A stretch of DNA of 64,000 bases from Candidatus Krumholzibacteriia bacterium (lineage in GTDB: Bacteria > Krumholzibacteriota > Krumholzibacteriia > JAJRXK01), in NCBI GenBank assembly GCA_041484665.1, contig JBGPIA010000001.1, positions 768,001 through 832,000 of the forward strand. Reading direction: 5' to 3'. Of the stretch, positions 1-10,756 are shown one piece after another (position 1 is the stretch's first letter; every line of letters starts with the position of its first letter). Made by a program: the position numbers and the translations under genes. The notes beneath the pieces are model-generated. The model had not been told where the DNA came from, did no database searches, and saw nothing but the letters and a program-made list of their open reading frames with translations.

Positions 1-114
1 TACCGTTTCGTCCAGCTGCTGACCGCCGTGAATGTCTACGATGTCGTGTCGGGCCCGGACTTTCGCGATGAGGATCGCGTCGAGATCGTGGCGCAGATCC
101 ATCTGCTGTATTGA
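1..114 (+). CDS. 3' end of a gene cut by the window edge; probable outer-membrane beta-barrel
   Basis: Frame 1 is open from base 1 to TGA 112-114 and ends ...RVEIVAQIHLLY (alternating hydrophobic residues, terminal aromatic), like a BAM beta-signal. Confidence 0.5.
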   Translation, partial: YRFVQLLTAVNVYDVVSGPDFRDEDRVEIVAQIHLLY

Positions 115-162
115 TGACCCTCTGATGATCCCCGGTGATCCATCATGCGCGGCCGCAACCCC

Positions 163-651
163 ATGAACGAACGGACGACGAGACGCCGGGCAGCCCCGCG
201 GCGCGATGCCCTCACGTGGCGCGCAGCAGCGAGCCTGCTGCTGTGCCTGGTAACCTCCGGCTGCACCGACCTCGGTCAGTTCATCGAGGAGACGCCGCCC
301 ACAGTCTGCGGTGAAGGCGTCACCGGTGCCTCGTTCTGCAGGGACATCCAGCCGATCCTCACGGCCAACTGCGCCAAGTCGGGGTGTCATCTGGGAACGG
401 CCGCGCTGGGCGCAGCCGACCTGGACCTCGAGGCCGGCCACGCCTACGCAAACATCGTGGGCGTGCGATCGGTCAGCGCTCGACCCATCAAGCGCGTGGT
501 GCCGGCCTACCCGGATTCGTCACTCTTGTACCTCAAGCTGCTCCCGGGCACGCCGTACATCCCCAGGATGCCGCAGTCACTCCCTCCCCTGCTCCAGGCG
601 GACATCAATCTGATCCGTCAGTGGATCACCGCGGGCGCGCTGAACAACTGA
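163..651 (+). CDS. Lipoprotein with planctomycete-type cytochrome c domain (CX4CH)
   Basis: Lipobox LVTSG|C; SFCRDIQPILTANCAKSGCH...SLLYLKL...RMP...IRQWITAGA pattern; start could be 145. Confidence 0.7.
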   Translation: MNERTTRRRAAPRRDALTWRAAASLLLCLVTSGCTDLGQFIEETPPTVCGEGVTGASFCRDIQPILTANCAKSGCHLGTAALGAADLDLEAGHAYANIVGVRSVSARPIKRVVPAYPDSSLLYLKLLPGTPYIPRMPQSLPPLLQADINLIRQWITAGALNN

Positions 652-796
652 ATCAGTGCGCCAGACCGGCCGCTGGCCGCCGGCTGCAACCCCCTTGACG
701 GCGGCGGTTGCGCGGGCGGATGCTCGAGCGGTCCACACATCGCCCAGCCAAGCTCTTCACCTCCGGTGCCAACCGGTATTCCCAGGAGGTCACGCC

Positions 797-3088
797 ATGA
801 AGAGCCATGGCGATTCCGCCCAGATACGCCGTCTCACCCCGCCGCGCGCGCCGTTCGCGCGTGTGTTCGCGGCTGCCTGGGCGGCGATCGCGCTCGCGGC
901 CGGCGCGCTGGCGCCCCACACGGCCCGCGCCATCCAGGTCTACCTGTCCGACGACTCGGGGGTCCCGCGCAACTCGTCGATCTATGCCGCCAACGAGATC
1001 GTCTACGTGAGCGGGGAGTGGGATCAGTTCGACTTCCCGTGTCCGATCGGCAATCTCTACATGGTGCCCAACGACGGCCGGAGCTGGAGCGGGGGGCAGA
1101 TCACCCCCTTCGTCACGGTCAAGCCCATCCAGGGCTGCTATGGCGCCGGATCGTTCCTCGGCGAGATTCTCAAGCTGCCACCGCTGCCGCTGGGAGACTT
1201 CGACATCGTCATGGATGAGGCCCAGGATGGCGTCTACAACTCGGCCGACGACTACGTGCTGGGCGATGGCGGTACCTTTGCGTTCCGTGTGATCGACACG
1301 ACCCTCGACCAGGACGTCAGCGTCGCCGGCATCAAGGCCCAGGCGGCCACGCAGGCGCAGGGCTGGCGCAACTACGCTCTGTACACAAAGGTCTCGTTCG
1401 CTGCCGTTGGGCTGCTGGAGACTGGCCTGGAGGCGACCAACTTCGCGCTGTCCGCGGGCAGCACGGCGGCCGGCTTCGCGTACGCCGCGGTGGGCGTCGG
1501 GACCCAGGTGCTGGGGATCCCCACCTCGTACAACGGAGCGGTGATGCAGATCGGCGAGCAGCTCATCGACCAGGCCTGCAGCAATACGGCGTCGGTCTAC
1601 GAGGCCCTCGCAGCCGATCCAGCAGATCCGAACTACATCCCGCTGGCCGAAGTGGGCGCGATCGCCTACCAGGAAGAGGTCTCCTCCCTGTCAGCCCTCA
1701 ACGCCGGGATGCGGCTGCGCAACAACCTCCTCGAGCAGGCCGCCGTCGGCGCCGCCTTCCGCTCGTCCTACGAGAAGTTCCTCGGCGCCGAGGCCCAGAA
1801 CGACTATCCGAACAGCCTGCGCCAGACGCGCCAGGCGCGGGAGTACTGCAGCCTGCTCATCGATCTGCTCAACACCTCGGTGACCGACGCGCAGGCGCTG
1901 GAGTCGGCGATCGTCGCCGCCGGCTGGGCAGACCATGTCCTGGACGCGACGGCGGCGGCCGCCCTGCGCACCCGCGTGACTACGCTCGGATTCACCGGCG
2001 CCGAGCAGAGCCAGATGCTGGCAGCGGGCATGACGCAGGCGGAGATCGACGACGCGCGCGCGACCATCACCGCGTACGACCTGACGGGGCTGACCAGCAC
2101 CTCCTACCGCTCGCAGCTCGACGGTCTGCAGGCCCAGGCGCAAACCGCGGTCACGCAGCTGCAGTCGGTGGCTGCAAACCTCGACGGCGTGCTGGGCCGG
2201 CTGCAGTACGCCTTCACGCCGGCGCCCGTGGCCGTGATCACGGGCGGCGCGACCGTGGCGGAGGGCGCGACCCTGGCCCTCAGCGGCTCGACCTCGACCA
2301 ACCCGCAAGGCGGCGCCCTGACCATGACCTGGGATCTGAACGCCGACGGCGTCTTCGGCGAGGTCACCGGCGCCAGTGCCGGCTTCTCGCGCGGCTTCGC
2401 CGGAAGTTGCATCGTGGGGCTGAAGGTGCAGAACGCTGGCGGCCAAAACGACGTGGCCTACAAGCGGATCACCGTCACGAACGTCAACAGTATCCCGGCG
2501 TTCACCGCGATCAGCCCGACGGCGCTCTTCCTGAGCCTGCCGCAGGGCGGAAGCGCCCAGGGCTTCTCGGTAACCGTCACCGACCCCGACAGTGATCCGG
2601 TGACGGTGAGCTGGCTGTTGGACGGCGTGCCCGTGGCTCCGGGGACTTCGTACTCGTACACGCCCGCCGTTCTCGGGCTACACCACATCCAGGCGCGTGC
2701 CGGGGACACGAGCTCGCTCAGCCCGGACAACAACCAGACCTGGCGCGTGCTGGTGGCCGCGGGCACCGGGACCCAGCCGCAGATCCCGCCGGCGCGGATC
2801 GAGCTGGCGCAGAACCGCCCCAACCCATTCAACGGAGCGACCACCGTCGCCTTCGCCCTGCCGCAGGCGGCGCGCGTGCGCCTTGTCCTGCACGACGCGG
2901 CTGGCCGCAGGCTGGCGACACTGTTGGACGGCGAGCGCGGACCCGGCCGCCACGAGACCACCTGGAACGGGCGCGCAGCGTCGGGCGGGCTGCTACCTTC
3001 GGGGGTGTACTACTGCCGGCTGGAGGTGACGCCACTCGCGGGCGGCCCCCGCGAGCTGCGGACGGTCAAGATGGTCTACGTCCAGTAA
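797..3088 (+). CDS. Secreted protein with helical core, PKD/Ig domains and FlgD-Ig/T9SS-A-like C-terminal domain
   Basis: AGGAGG before ATG 797; signal peptide; PKD-like WDLNADG; C-terminal QNRPNPFN...WNG...SGVYYCRL. Confidence 0.8.
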   Translation: MKSHGDSAQIRRLTPPRAPFARVFAAAWAAIALAAGALAPHTARAIQVYLSDDSGVPRNSSIYAANEIVYVSGEWDQFDFPCPIGNLYMVPNDGRSWSGGQITPFVTVKPIQGCYGAGSFLGEILKLPPLPLGDFDIVMDEAQDGVYNSADDYVLGDGGTFAFRVIDTTLDQDVSVAGIKAQAATQAQGWRNYALYTKVSFAAVGLLETGLEATNFALSAGSTAAGFAYAAVGVGTQVLGIPTSYNGAVMQIGEQLIDQACSNTASVYEALAADPADPNYIPLAEVGAIAYQEEVSSLSALNAGMRLRNNLLEQAAVGAAFRSSYEKFLGAEAQNDYPNSLRQTRQAREYCSLLIDLLNTSVTDAQALESAIVAAGWADHVLDATAAAALRTRVTTLGFTGAEQSQMLAAGMTQAEIDDARATITAYDLTGLTSTSYRSQLDGLQAQAQTAVTQLQSVAANLDGVLGRLQYAFTPAPVAVITGGATVAEGATLALSGSTSTNPQGGALTMTWDLNADGVFGEVTGASAGFSRGFAGSCIVGLKVQNAGGQNDVAYKRITVTNVNSIPAFTAISPTALFLSLPQGGSAQGFSVTVTDPDSDPVTVSWLLDGVPVAPGTSYSYTPAVLGLHHIQARAGDTSSLSPDNNQTWRVLVAAGTGTQPQIPPARIELAQNRPNPFNGATTVAFALPQAARVRLVLHDAAGRRLATLLDGERGPGRHETTWNGRAASGGLLPSGVYYCRLEVTPLAGGPRELRTVKMVYVQ

Positions 3089-3221
3089 CGCGCGGGGTGC
3101 CCATCTGGTGAGGCGATGCGGTGTACGGGCCCATGAAGTACTGCGTTCTCCGTGACGCGACGCGCCGCCGTCCACGTCCAGCGAGGCGGCGGGACGCAGC
3201 GCCCACCCGCCGTCCGCGCGG

Positions 3222-3971
3222 CTAGCCCTTGCGCTTGCCCTGCTCGGCGACGGCTCTCTCTGCGCGGGCGATCGCCTCGGGATCGCCCAAGTAGAAGCTG
3301 CGCAGCGGGCGCAGCTCATCGTCGAGCTCGTACACCAGCGGAACCCCCGTGGGAATGTTCAGGCCCACGATCTTCTCGTCGGACACGTTGTCGAGATACT
3401 TCACCAGCGCGCGGAGGCTGTTGCCGTGGGCGGCGATCAGCACGCGCCGGCCGGCCTTCACGTCCGGTGCGATCGCGCTGTGCCAGTAGGGCAGGAATCG
3501 CTCCACCGTATCCTTGAGGCACTCCGTCAACGGCAGCTCGCCGGGCGAGAGGCCCTTGTAGCGCGGATCGCGCCCCGGGTGCCGCGGGTCGTCCGGCGCG
3601 AGCGCCGGCGGCGGGATGGCGTAGCTGCGGCGCCACAGTTGCACCTGCTGCTCGCCGTGGAGGGCGGCCTGCTCGGCCTTGTTGAATCCCTGCAGCGCGC
3701 CGTAGTGGCGCTCGTTGAGTCGCCAGTGGTTGTGGACGGGAATCCACATGAGATCCAGCTCCTCCAGCGCGAGCCACAGCGTCTTGATGGCGCGCTTGAG
3801 CACCGAGGTGTAGGCCACATCGAAGACGTACCCGCCAGCCTTGAGCTGGCGGCCGGCCTCCTGGGCCTCGCCGATCCCCTTCTCGGAGAGGTCCACGTCG
3901 GTCCACCCCGTGAAGCGGTTCTCGCGGTTCCAGACGCTCTCTCCGTGGCGCAGCAGCACGAGCGTTCGCAT
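3222..3971 (-). CDS. gpmA: 2,3-BPG-dependent phosphoglycerate mutase
   Basis: [36 protein letters not shown]. Confidence 0.97.
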   Translation of the reverse strand: MRTLVLLRHGESVWNRENRFTGWTDVDLSEKGIGEAQEAGRQLKAGGYVFDVAYTSVLKRAIKTLWLALEELDLMWIPVHNHWRLNERHYGALQGFNKAEQAALHGEQQVQLWRRSYAIPPPALAPDDPRHPGRDPRYKGLSPGELPLTECLKDTVERFLPYWHSAIAPDVKAGRRVLIAAHGNSLRALVKYLDNVSDEKIVGLNIPTGVPLVYELDDELRPLRSFYLGDPEAIARAERAVAEQGKRKG

Positions 3972-4267
3972 CGCAGCAGGACCTCCCCGAAGCAACCAAG
4001 TCCCCCCACGCAGTCGTTGTCCCCGATGAGGCGGGCGCCGCAGCCGGTGCGGTCGCCAGCCTCGGCGCGCCCCGCGGGGGGCGTCCGGCACGTGCTGGGG
4101 ACCATTGTAGGCGCGCGGGCGCCCGCGGGAAACCGCGCGGATCCACGCGCGGATCCGCGCCTTGCCCTGCGGGGCCCCAGATCCTAGGCTAGGCGGTCGC
4201 GAGCGGTCCGTGCCAGTTTGGGCCGCCCGCGCCGCGGACCTTCCCGCACCCACCCCCCGGAGCCGCC

Positions 4268-5800
4268 ATGACCGTCCGCATCACAGGATCAGGCCTCACC
4301 ATCGAAGACGTGGCGGCAGTCGCCCGCGCCGGCGCGCGCGTGGAGCTCGACGCGACCGCCCTGGCCCGTATCGAGCGCTGCCGCGGAATGCTCGAGCGCA
4401 AGATCGCCGCCAACGAGGTCATGTACGGGGTCAACACGGGGATCGGGGAGTTCTCCGAGGTGGCGCTCACCCCGGATCAGGTGCAGCAGTTCCAGCGCTA
4501 CCTGATCTACAACCACTCCGCGGGGATCGGCGAGCCTGCGCCCATCGAGCACGTGCGGGCGGCGATGGTCAGCCGCGTCAATGTCCACGCCAAGGGCCAT
4601 TCCGGGGGCCGGCCGGTCATCACGCAGACGCTGGTCGAGCTGCTCAACAAGGGCGTCACGCCGGTCGTCTGCGAGAAGGGCAGCGTGGGCGCCTGCGGGG
4701 ACCTGGCCCCGATGAGCCAGATCGCCCTGGCCATGATGGGTGAGGGGGAGGCCTTCCACCAGGGGCAACGCCTGCCCGCCCGCGAGGCGTTGGGCCGCGC
4801 CGGCGTCCCGCTGGTGACCCTGCAGGCCCGCGATGGCCTGGCGACGATCAATGGGAGCAATCTCACGGCCGGAATCGGCGCGCTGATCGTCCACGACGTG
4901 GAGGGCTGGATCAAACAGGCCGATATCGCCGCGGCCATGACGCTGGAGGCGCTGCAGGCGAACCTCAAGCCCTACGACGCCCGCCTGCACCGACTGCGCG
5001 GATTCGCCGGCGCTGTGACCTCGGCCGCGAATATCCTCAAGTGCATCGAGGGAAGTGACCTGCTTCGCCCGGGGTTCCTCAAGCAGCGCGTGCAGGACGC
5101 CTACAGCATGCGCTCCACCCCCCAGGTGATCGGCGCGGCGCGCGACCATCTGCGCTGGGCGCGCCAGCAGGTGGAGATCGAGCTCAACGGCGTGGGCGAC
5201 AATCCCATCTTCCTGCCTGACGACGACGAGGTGCTGACCGGCGCCAACTTCCAAGGGACGCCGGTGAGCCTGCCGCTGGACATGGTCGGCGCATCGGTGA
5301 CGATGCTCAGCGTGCTCTCGGAGCGGCGGCTCAACCGGCTGCTCAACCCGGCACTGTCGGTGGGGCTGCCCGCGTTCCTGACCAAGGGCGCCGGCATGTT
5401 CTCGGGACTGATGCTGAGCCAGTACACGGCCGACACGCTCATCGTCGAGCAGCGCATCCTGTCGATGCCCGCCTGCACGCAGTCCATCCCCGCGGCGGCC
5501 GATCAGGAGGACTTCGTGAGCATGGGGATGAACACGGCGCTCAAGACGCGCCAGATCGTGGACAACGCGTACGGCGTGCTGGGCATCGAGCTGATCGCCG
5601 CGGCGCAGGCGCTGGATTTCCGCGAGTTCACGCCCGGCCGCGGCACGCGCGCGGCCCGCACGGCCATCCGCCAGCACGTCGCCCACCTCGAGGAGGACCG
5701 CCCGCTGTTCCCGGACCACAACGCTATGCGCAAGGCGGTGCAGGCCGGCTCGGTGCTGGCCGCCGTCGAGGGTGCGGTTGGCGCCTTGGCGACCTACTGA
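4268..5800 (+). CDS. MIO-dependent aromatic amino-acid ammonia-lyase (HutH/PAL family), Ala-Cys-Gly triad
   Basis: [37 protein letters not shown]; substrate uncertain. Confidence 0.9.
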   Translation: MTVRITGSGLTIEDVAAVARAGARVELDATALARIERCRGMLERKIAANEVMYGVNTGIGEFSEVALTPDQVQQFQRYLIYNHSAGIGEPAPIEHVRAAMVSRVNVHAKGHSGGRPVITQTLVELLNKGVTPVVCEKGSVGACGDLAPMSQIALAMMGEGEAFHQGQRLPAREALGRAGVPLVTLQARDGLATINGSNLTAGIGALIVHDVEGWIKQADIAAAMTLEALQANLKPYDARLHRLRGFAGAVTSAANILKCIEGSDLLRPGFLKQRVQDAYSMRSTPQVIGAARDHLRWARQQVEIELNGVGDNPIFLPDDDEVLTGANFQGTPVSLPLDMVGASVTMLSVLSERRLNRLLNPALSVGLPAFLTKGAGMFSGLMLSQYTADTLIVEQRILSMPACTQSIPAAADQEDFVSMGMNTALKTRQIVDNAYGVLGIELIAAAQALDFREFTPGRGTRAARTAIRQHVAHLEEDRPLFPDHNAMRKAVQAGSVLAAVEGAVGALATY

Positions 5801-5976
5801 GCGGGCGGTGCGGGCCAGGCGCTGGCGCCCGCCCCGCGAACCGCGGCGCGCAGGGCGTCGCCCCACGGGCATCGATTGCGTTAGGATAGATATGAGCGGG
5901 CGCGGGAGGAGCCGAGCGCCCTCCCACCCGCGTACACCCCCTGGACCGCCATAGCTCTACGCCCGGAGGTGGCACC

Positions 5977-8226
5977 ATGGAACGCGCCCGCAGGCCATCT
6001 TGGCTGGTGTTTCCCTTGCTCGCGGCCGCCCTGCTGCCTCGGCTCGGCCCGCTGTGGCTGCCCGGGGCGGCCGCCGCCCAAAGCCCCGATCCCCGCCGCG
6101 ACGTCGCGGCCTACGTCCTCACCCACGTGCTCGATGGCGACTACGGCGGACGCACGCTGTGGATGCACGACGTGGCGCTGGATGGGAGCCATGTCGGACT
6201 GGATGTCGACGGGCGCCTGCCGGCAGTGCAGTTCCCCTTCGCCTCGAACTGGCTGGTGATGATCGACGACACCCCGCAGGCCAACTGGGCGCACCCGGTG
6301 CGGTGGGTGTTCGTGGACGCCACTCTGCAGCAGCACACCACTCCAATCGTCCGCAGCTGGCCCCCCACGATCCGGTCGGGGTTCGGTCAGGGGCCAAGGG
6401 TCCACTTCGGCTGCACGCCGTACGCCCCGGCGGGCTGTCCCAGCGTGGGCCCACCCGCGCAGCTAGCACCTTTCACCGGCCCTCTGAAGGACAGTTGTCT
6501 CCACGCCGTGCTGATCTCGGGCGGCTGGGACGATGACCACAACTTCTCGCGCTACGCCGAGAATCTCACGAGCGTGTACCGGAAGCTGCGCGCCCTGGGC
6601 TTCCCGCAGTCGAACCTGTGGACGTACTACGCCGACGGGCGGCCGTTGGACCTGGACAACGCCGACGGCGACAACAACAACGCCACCGGCAGCGATGTGA
6701 CCGACTCGGCGAACGAGGCGGCGATCCGCGCCCGGATCCACGGCTTGTGCACGACCCTGAATGCCACGCGTGACGTGCTCCTGCTCTACACCAGCAACCA
6801 CGGAGCGAGCAACGGCGATCTCGTGCTGTGGGACTTCAACCAGAATGGTGCGCGGGAGAACGCCGAGGGCTACAGCCCAGCCGAGCTCGACGTCGACACG
6901 TCGGCCTGCCAGGTCTGCCGCCTGTTCATGCTGTTCGATCAGTGCTTCTCGGGCGCGTTCGTACCCCTGGTGACCGACGGCTCCCATGGCAACGCGGCGA
7001 TCTACACCGCGGCCACGGCCAGCGAGTACAGCTACGGCCGCGAGTACATGGACTGGTGGGAGGATCTCAATCCCGCCACCATGACCATGAAGCAGCTCCA
7101 CGCTTCGGTGGTGGCCTCGGGCACCATGACCTCCACGCCCATGACGGCGGAAGGGACGCCCGGCGACGGCAGCGTCTTCCTGAACTACTGCTGGGGCGAC
7201 AAACAGTGCGCGGTGCCCGCCATCACCGCGTACTGCTTGGGCATCCAGAACATCACCGTCGACCTGACCATCTGCAATGGATTCCCGACGGCGCGCAGCT
7301 TCGCCATCGATTGGCAGGGCGAGGCGGCGGGGGGCAGCTGCGACGTCGCCGGACCGGCCAGCGCGGTGCTGCCCAATCCTCCGATCATCGTGCCCGGCGC
7401 GGGCTGCGCAACCTTCCAGCTGCACGTCCCCATCCCCCCCGGCGTGCTCCTCCCGGGCCAGACGGCCTGCTACAGCGTTGGCGTGACGAACCTGCAGGAG
7501 AACATCAGCACGGTGTGCACCGGCAAACTGGTGTACACGCCTTTGGCCTGCTTCGACTGGAACCAGCTGGTCGCGCGGGCGGTGCTGCTGAGCCCGGGTG
7601 ATCCGGTCACGGTCGTGGGCACGCTGAGCAACAACGGTCTGACCGGCAGCGCGATCTCCTACCAGTTCGTCGTGCAGAACGCCGACCCGTTGGGGGCCAA
7701 CGATGCCATCACGCTCAACGGCCTGCCCCCGGGGATTCCGGTGACCGGCCGCGTTGTCGTGCCGCCGGGGCAGACCGCCACACTGCGCGTGGACGTGCTG
7801 TGGGCGGTACCGCCAAGCCCGTGCTTCCACAATCTGCTGTTTGAGGCCGATCTCAATGGCGACGGCCAGATGGTGCCGCTCAATGCCGTGACGCTGCACC
7901 TGGCTCCCGATGGCGCAACCACCTCGCCTCCGACCCCGCAGCCCCGGGGGCTGCGTCTGCGCATCGCGCCCAACCCATTCAACCCAACGGCGCGCATCTC
8001 GTTCGACCTGACCGGAGCCCGGCAACCGGTCTCAGTCGAGGTGCTGGACGCGCGCGGCCGCACCGTCCGCACCCTGCTGCAGGCCGTGCTTCTGGAGGCG
8101 GGACCTCACGAGCTGTCGTGGAACGGCGACGACGCGCTGGGCCGAGCTGTCGCCAGCGGGACCTATCTGGTGCAAGTCACCACTGCGCGCGGGATCGAGA
8201 CCGCACGCGCAACGCTGCTTAAGTGA
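5977..8226 (+). CDS. Secreted C13/caspase-fold cysteine peptidase with FlgD-Ig-like C-terminal domain
   Basis: GGAGG RBS; signal peptide; AVLISGG, SNHG (His) and DQCFSG (Cys); PNPFNP...WNGDD...SGTYLV. Confidence 0.8.
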   Translation: MERARRPSWLVFPLLAAALLPRLGPLWLPGAAAAQSPDPRRDVAAYVLTHVLDGDYGGRTLWMHDVALDGSHVGLDVDGRLPAVQFPFASNWLVMIDDTPQANWAHPVRWVFVDATLQQHTTPIVRSWPPTIRSGFGQGPRVHFGCTPYAPAGCPSVGPPAQLAPFTGPLKDSCLHAVLISGGWDDDHNFSRYAENLTSVYRKLRALGFPQSNLWTYYADGRPLDLDNADGDNNNATGSDVTDSANEAAIRARIHGLCTTLNATRDVLLLYTSNHGASNGDLVLWDFNQNGARENAEGYSPAELDVDTSACQVCRLFMLFDQCFSGAFVPLVTDGSHGNAAIYTAATASEYSYGREYMDWWEDLNPATMTMKQLHASVVASGTMTSTPMTAEGTPGDGSVFLNYCWGDKQCAVPAITAYCLGIQNITVDLTICNGFPTARSFAIDWQGEAAGGSCDVAGPASAVLPNPPIIVPGAGCATFQLHVPIPPGVLLPGQTACYSVGVTNLQENISTVCTGKLVYTPLACFDWNQLVARAVLLSPGDPVTVVGTLSNNGLTGSAISYQFVVQNADPLGANDAITLNGLPPGIPVTGRVVVPPGQTATLRVDVLWAVPPSPCFHNLLFEADLNGDGQMVPLNAVTLHLAPDGATTSPPTPQPRGLRLRIAPNPFNPTARISFDLTGARQPVSVEVLDARGRTVRTLLQAVLLEAGPHELSWNGDDALGRAVASGTYLVQVTTARGIETARATLLK

Positions 8227-8299
8227 GAAGCTCCCGTGACGAGCTCGCGGCCGGCCCAGGCTGCTGCGCACTCTGTGGCCGTCCGGCCAACGCCGGCCG

Positions 8300-9610
8300 T
8301 CAGGTGCTCGCCGCGGCACGCGCCCGCCGAAAGCCCGCGTAGCGCTCCCGGCCCGGATTGAAGTAGCCGTACTCCAGATGGGGGAAGCGCTCCCGCAAGC
8401 GGGCCATGAACACCGCCATCCCCATCCCCTCGCGCAGCGTGTCCTTCGGCAGGCAGGCCCGGTAGACGTCCGGATCGATGTTGAGGTTGCGCATCTGGAT
8501 CAGGTCCAGATCGGTCTCCTCCACGAAGGCGGTCATTGCGTCGAGCTCGTCGTGCGTGTCGGTCACGCCGGGGAAGACGAGATAGTTGATGGAGCGGAAG
8601 CGTCCGTGGCGCCGCATCACGCGCAGCGTCTCGGTGACGTCCGCTAGCCCATAGTGGTGCGGGTTGTAGTACGCGGAGTACACTGCAGAGCGCGGGCTGT
8701 TGAGGCTGACGCGGATCGCGTCCAGGCCGGCGCCGCACAGCGCGTCGACGACGCCGGGCAGGCTGCCGTTGGTGTTGAGATTGATCGTCCCCAAGTCGGT
8801 GCCGGCGCGGATCAGCCGGATACTCTCCGCCAGCAGCTCGCCGTTGAGCAGCGGCTCCCCCTCGCAGCCCTGGCCGAAGCTCACCACGCCATCCGGCACG
8901 CGCGCCAGGTGCGAAAGCGCAAGATCGGCGATCTCGCGCGCGGTCGGCGCGCGGCGCAGCCGCTCGTGGCTGGCGGGAAACGTCCCATCGGGCTGCAGCG
9001 AGATACAGCCGACGCACTGGGCGTTGCAGGCGATGCTGGTGGGGATGGGCGCCTCGTGGCGCCCGATGAAGAAGTTCTGCGCGGCGCGGCAATGGTACTC
9101 GAGCGCGCAGCGGCGCAGCTGCTCCACCACGAGGTTGCCAGCGCTCTGGGCAACGCGCCGGGCGACCTGGCCCTGCAGGCGCGCAAGGTCGAAGCGCCAG
9201 GGATCCTGGCGGATGCCCGGATCCACGCGCGCGCCGCACGCCCAGAATCGCCGGTCGGCGTAGCCCACGGCACCGTAGGCGAACAGCGGCAGAGCCGGCG
9301 CTCCCGGCTGCGTCTCGTACGCCGCGTGCAGGAAGATCGTGTGCGCGGGCGCCACGAACGCAGCCACAGCGCAAGCGGGCTGCCCATCGCCGTCCCAGGC
9401 GGTGGGCGCACCCGAGCCGGGCTCGATCCCCACGGGCAGCCTCTGCTGCAGCAGGAACAGGTCGCTGCCGCGCGGGAGTAGGATCAACTCGTCGTTGCGC
9501 GGACGCCGCGGCGGCCCGCCGTCCACGCCGGCCAGCAGCAACTGCGGATGGTCGAGGATCGACCCGTCGCGACGGGCGAACACCATGCGGACGGGCTCGC
9601 GGGGCTCCAT
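8300..9610 (-). CDS. Radical SAM protein of unknown function
   Basis: CNAQCVGC; SFGQGCEGEP; NTNGS. Confidence 0.9.
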   Translation of the reverse strand: MEPREPVRMVFARRDGSILDHPQLLLAGVDGGPPRRPRNDELILLPRGSDLFLLQQRLPVGIEPGSGAPTAWDGDGQPACAVAAFVAPAHTIFLHAAYETQPGAPALPLFAYGAVGYADRRFWACGARVDPGIRQDPWRFDLARLQGQVARRVAQSAGNLVVEQLRRCALEYHCRAAQNFFIGRHEAPIPTSIACNAQCVGCISLQPDGTFPASHERLRRAPTAREIADLALSHLARVPDGVVSFGQGCEGEPLLNGELLAESIRLIRAGTDLGTINLNTNGSLPGVVDALCGAGLDAIRVSLNSPRSAVYSAYYNPHHYGLADVTETLRVMRRHGRFRSINYLVFPGVTDTHDELDAMTAFVEETDLDLIQMRNLNIDPDVYRACLPKDTLREGMGMAVFMARLRERFPHLEYGYFNPGRERYAGFRRARAAAST

Positions 9611-9702
9611 GGCGACATCCAGGGTAGCACGGACGCCCGGGCACGCCACGGCGGCGTCGCGTCAAGGCCACGCAGAGGTCGGGCGCTGGGAAGAACCCGG
9701 GC

Positions 9703-10743
9703 TCAGTACCCTTCGCCCGTGTCGGACACCTTGCCCGCGAACCGGCGGTAGACGTAGACGAAGTACAGGGTCGCCAGCGCCATGCCCGGGATCCACCACA
9801 TCAGACCGATGCGCAGGCCGTGCTGCGGCGCGGCAGCGCTGTGCACCGTGAGTCCGAAGGCCGGGTCGATCGCCGACGGGAGCACGTAGGGATAGAGCCC
9901 GTGGGCTGCGCTGGTCAGCATGCCCAGCAGGTAGGCGCACGAGCCGAGGAACGCCCCGCGGTCGTCACCGCGGCGCCCGAAGCGCGAAACGGCCACCAGG
10001 CCGCCCAGTGCGAGCGCGATGAAGATCGCTCCCCACGGCGCCTGCGCCAGCCGGTGTGGCACCTGGGGCTGGATTTGGAACGTGGCCAGCGTCACCAGGA
10101 CCGTCAGAGTCAGCACTGCCCACCACGACCGGCGGGCCAGGGCGCGCGCCCGTCGCTGCGTCGGGCCCTCGGTGCGGTAGGCGATCCACAACGCTCCGTG
10201 CATGGCCAACGCCGCCAGCGCCGCCAGGCCCACGCTCACCGTGAACCAGTCGAGGATTCCCGGGTCGGGTCCCGGCTGCCAGTTGGTCCACAGCGCCTCG
10301 AAGAAGCGGCCGTCCCGTCCCAGCGGCACCCCACGCACGACGTTGCCCAGGGCCGCGCCGAAGAAGATCGCCAAGAGCGCGCTCGCCACCGCGAACACAC
10401 CGTCGCACAACGGCCGCCAGATCACGCCTTGGAGGTGGGCGCGGAACTCCAGGGCGATCGCCCGCAGCATCAACAGCCACAGCACCATCATCAGCGGCAG
10501 GTAGAACCCGCTGAAGGCGGTGGCGTAGAGCGCGGGGAACGCGAAGAACAACGTGCCGGCGGCGGCGAGCAACCACACTTCATTACCGTCCCAGACCGGG
10601 CCGATCGAGCGCACCACCGCGCGCCGCTCCTGGTCGCAGCGCGCGACGATCAGGTGTGCGATGCCCGCGCCGAGATCGAAGCCGTCCAGCACGACGTAGA
10701 CCGCGAGCATCAAGGCGACGAGGCAGAACCACAGGGTCTCCAC
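9703..10743 (-). CDS. cydB: Cytochrome bd oxidase subunit II
   Basis: LDGFDLGAG, WDGNEVWL; multiple TM segments. Confidence 0.95.
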   Translation of the reverse strand: METLWFCLVALMLAVYVVLDGFDLGAGIAHLIVARCDQERRAVVRSIGPVWDGNEVWLLAAAGTLFFAFPALYATAFSGFYLPLMMVLWLLMLRAIALEFRAHLQGVIWRPLCDGVFAVASALLAIFFGAALGNVVRGVPLGRDGRFFEALWTNWQPGPDPGILDWFTVSVGLAALAALAMHGALWIAYRTEGPTQRRARALARRSWWAVLTLTVLVTLATFQIQPQVPHRLAQAPWGAIFIALALGGLVAVSRFGRRGDDRGAFLGSCAYLLGMLTSAAHGLYPYVLPSAIDPAFGLTVHSAAAPQHGLRIGLMWWIPGMALATLYFVYVYRRFAGKVSDTGEGY

Positions 10744-10756
10744 GCGGGCCTCCCTC

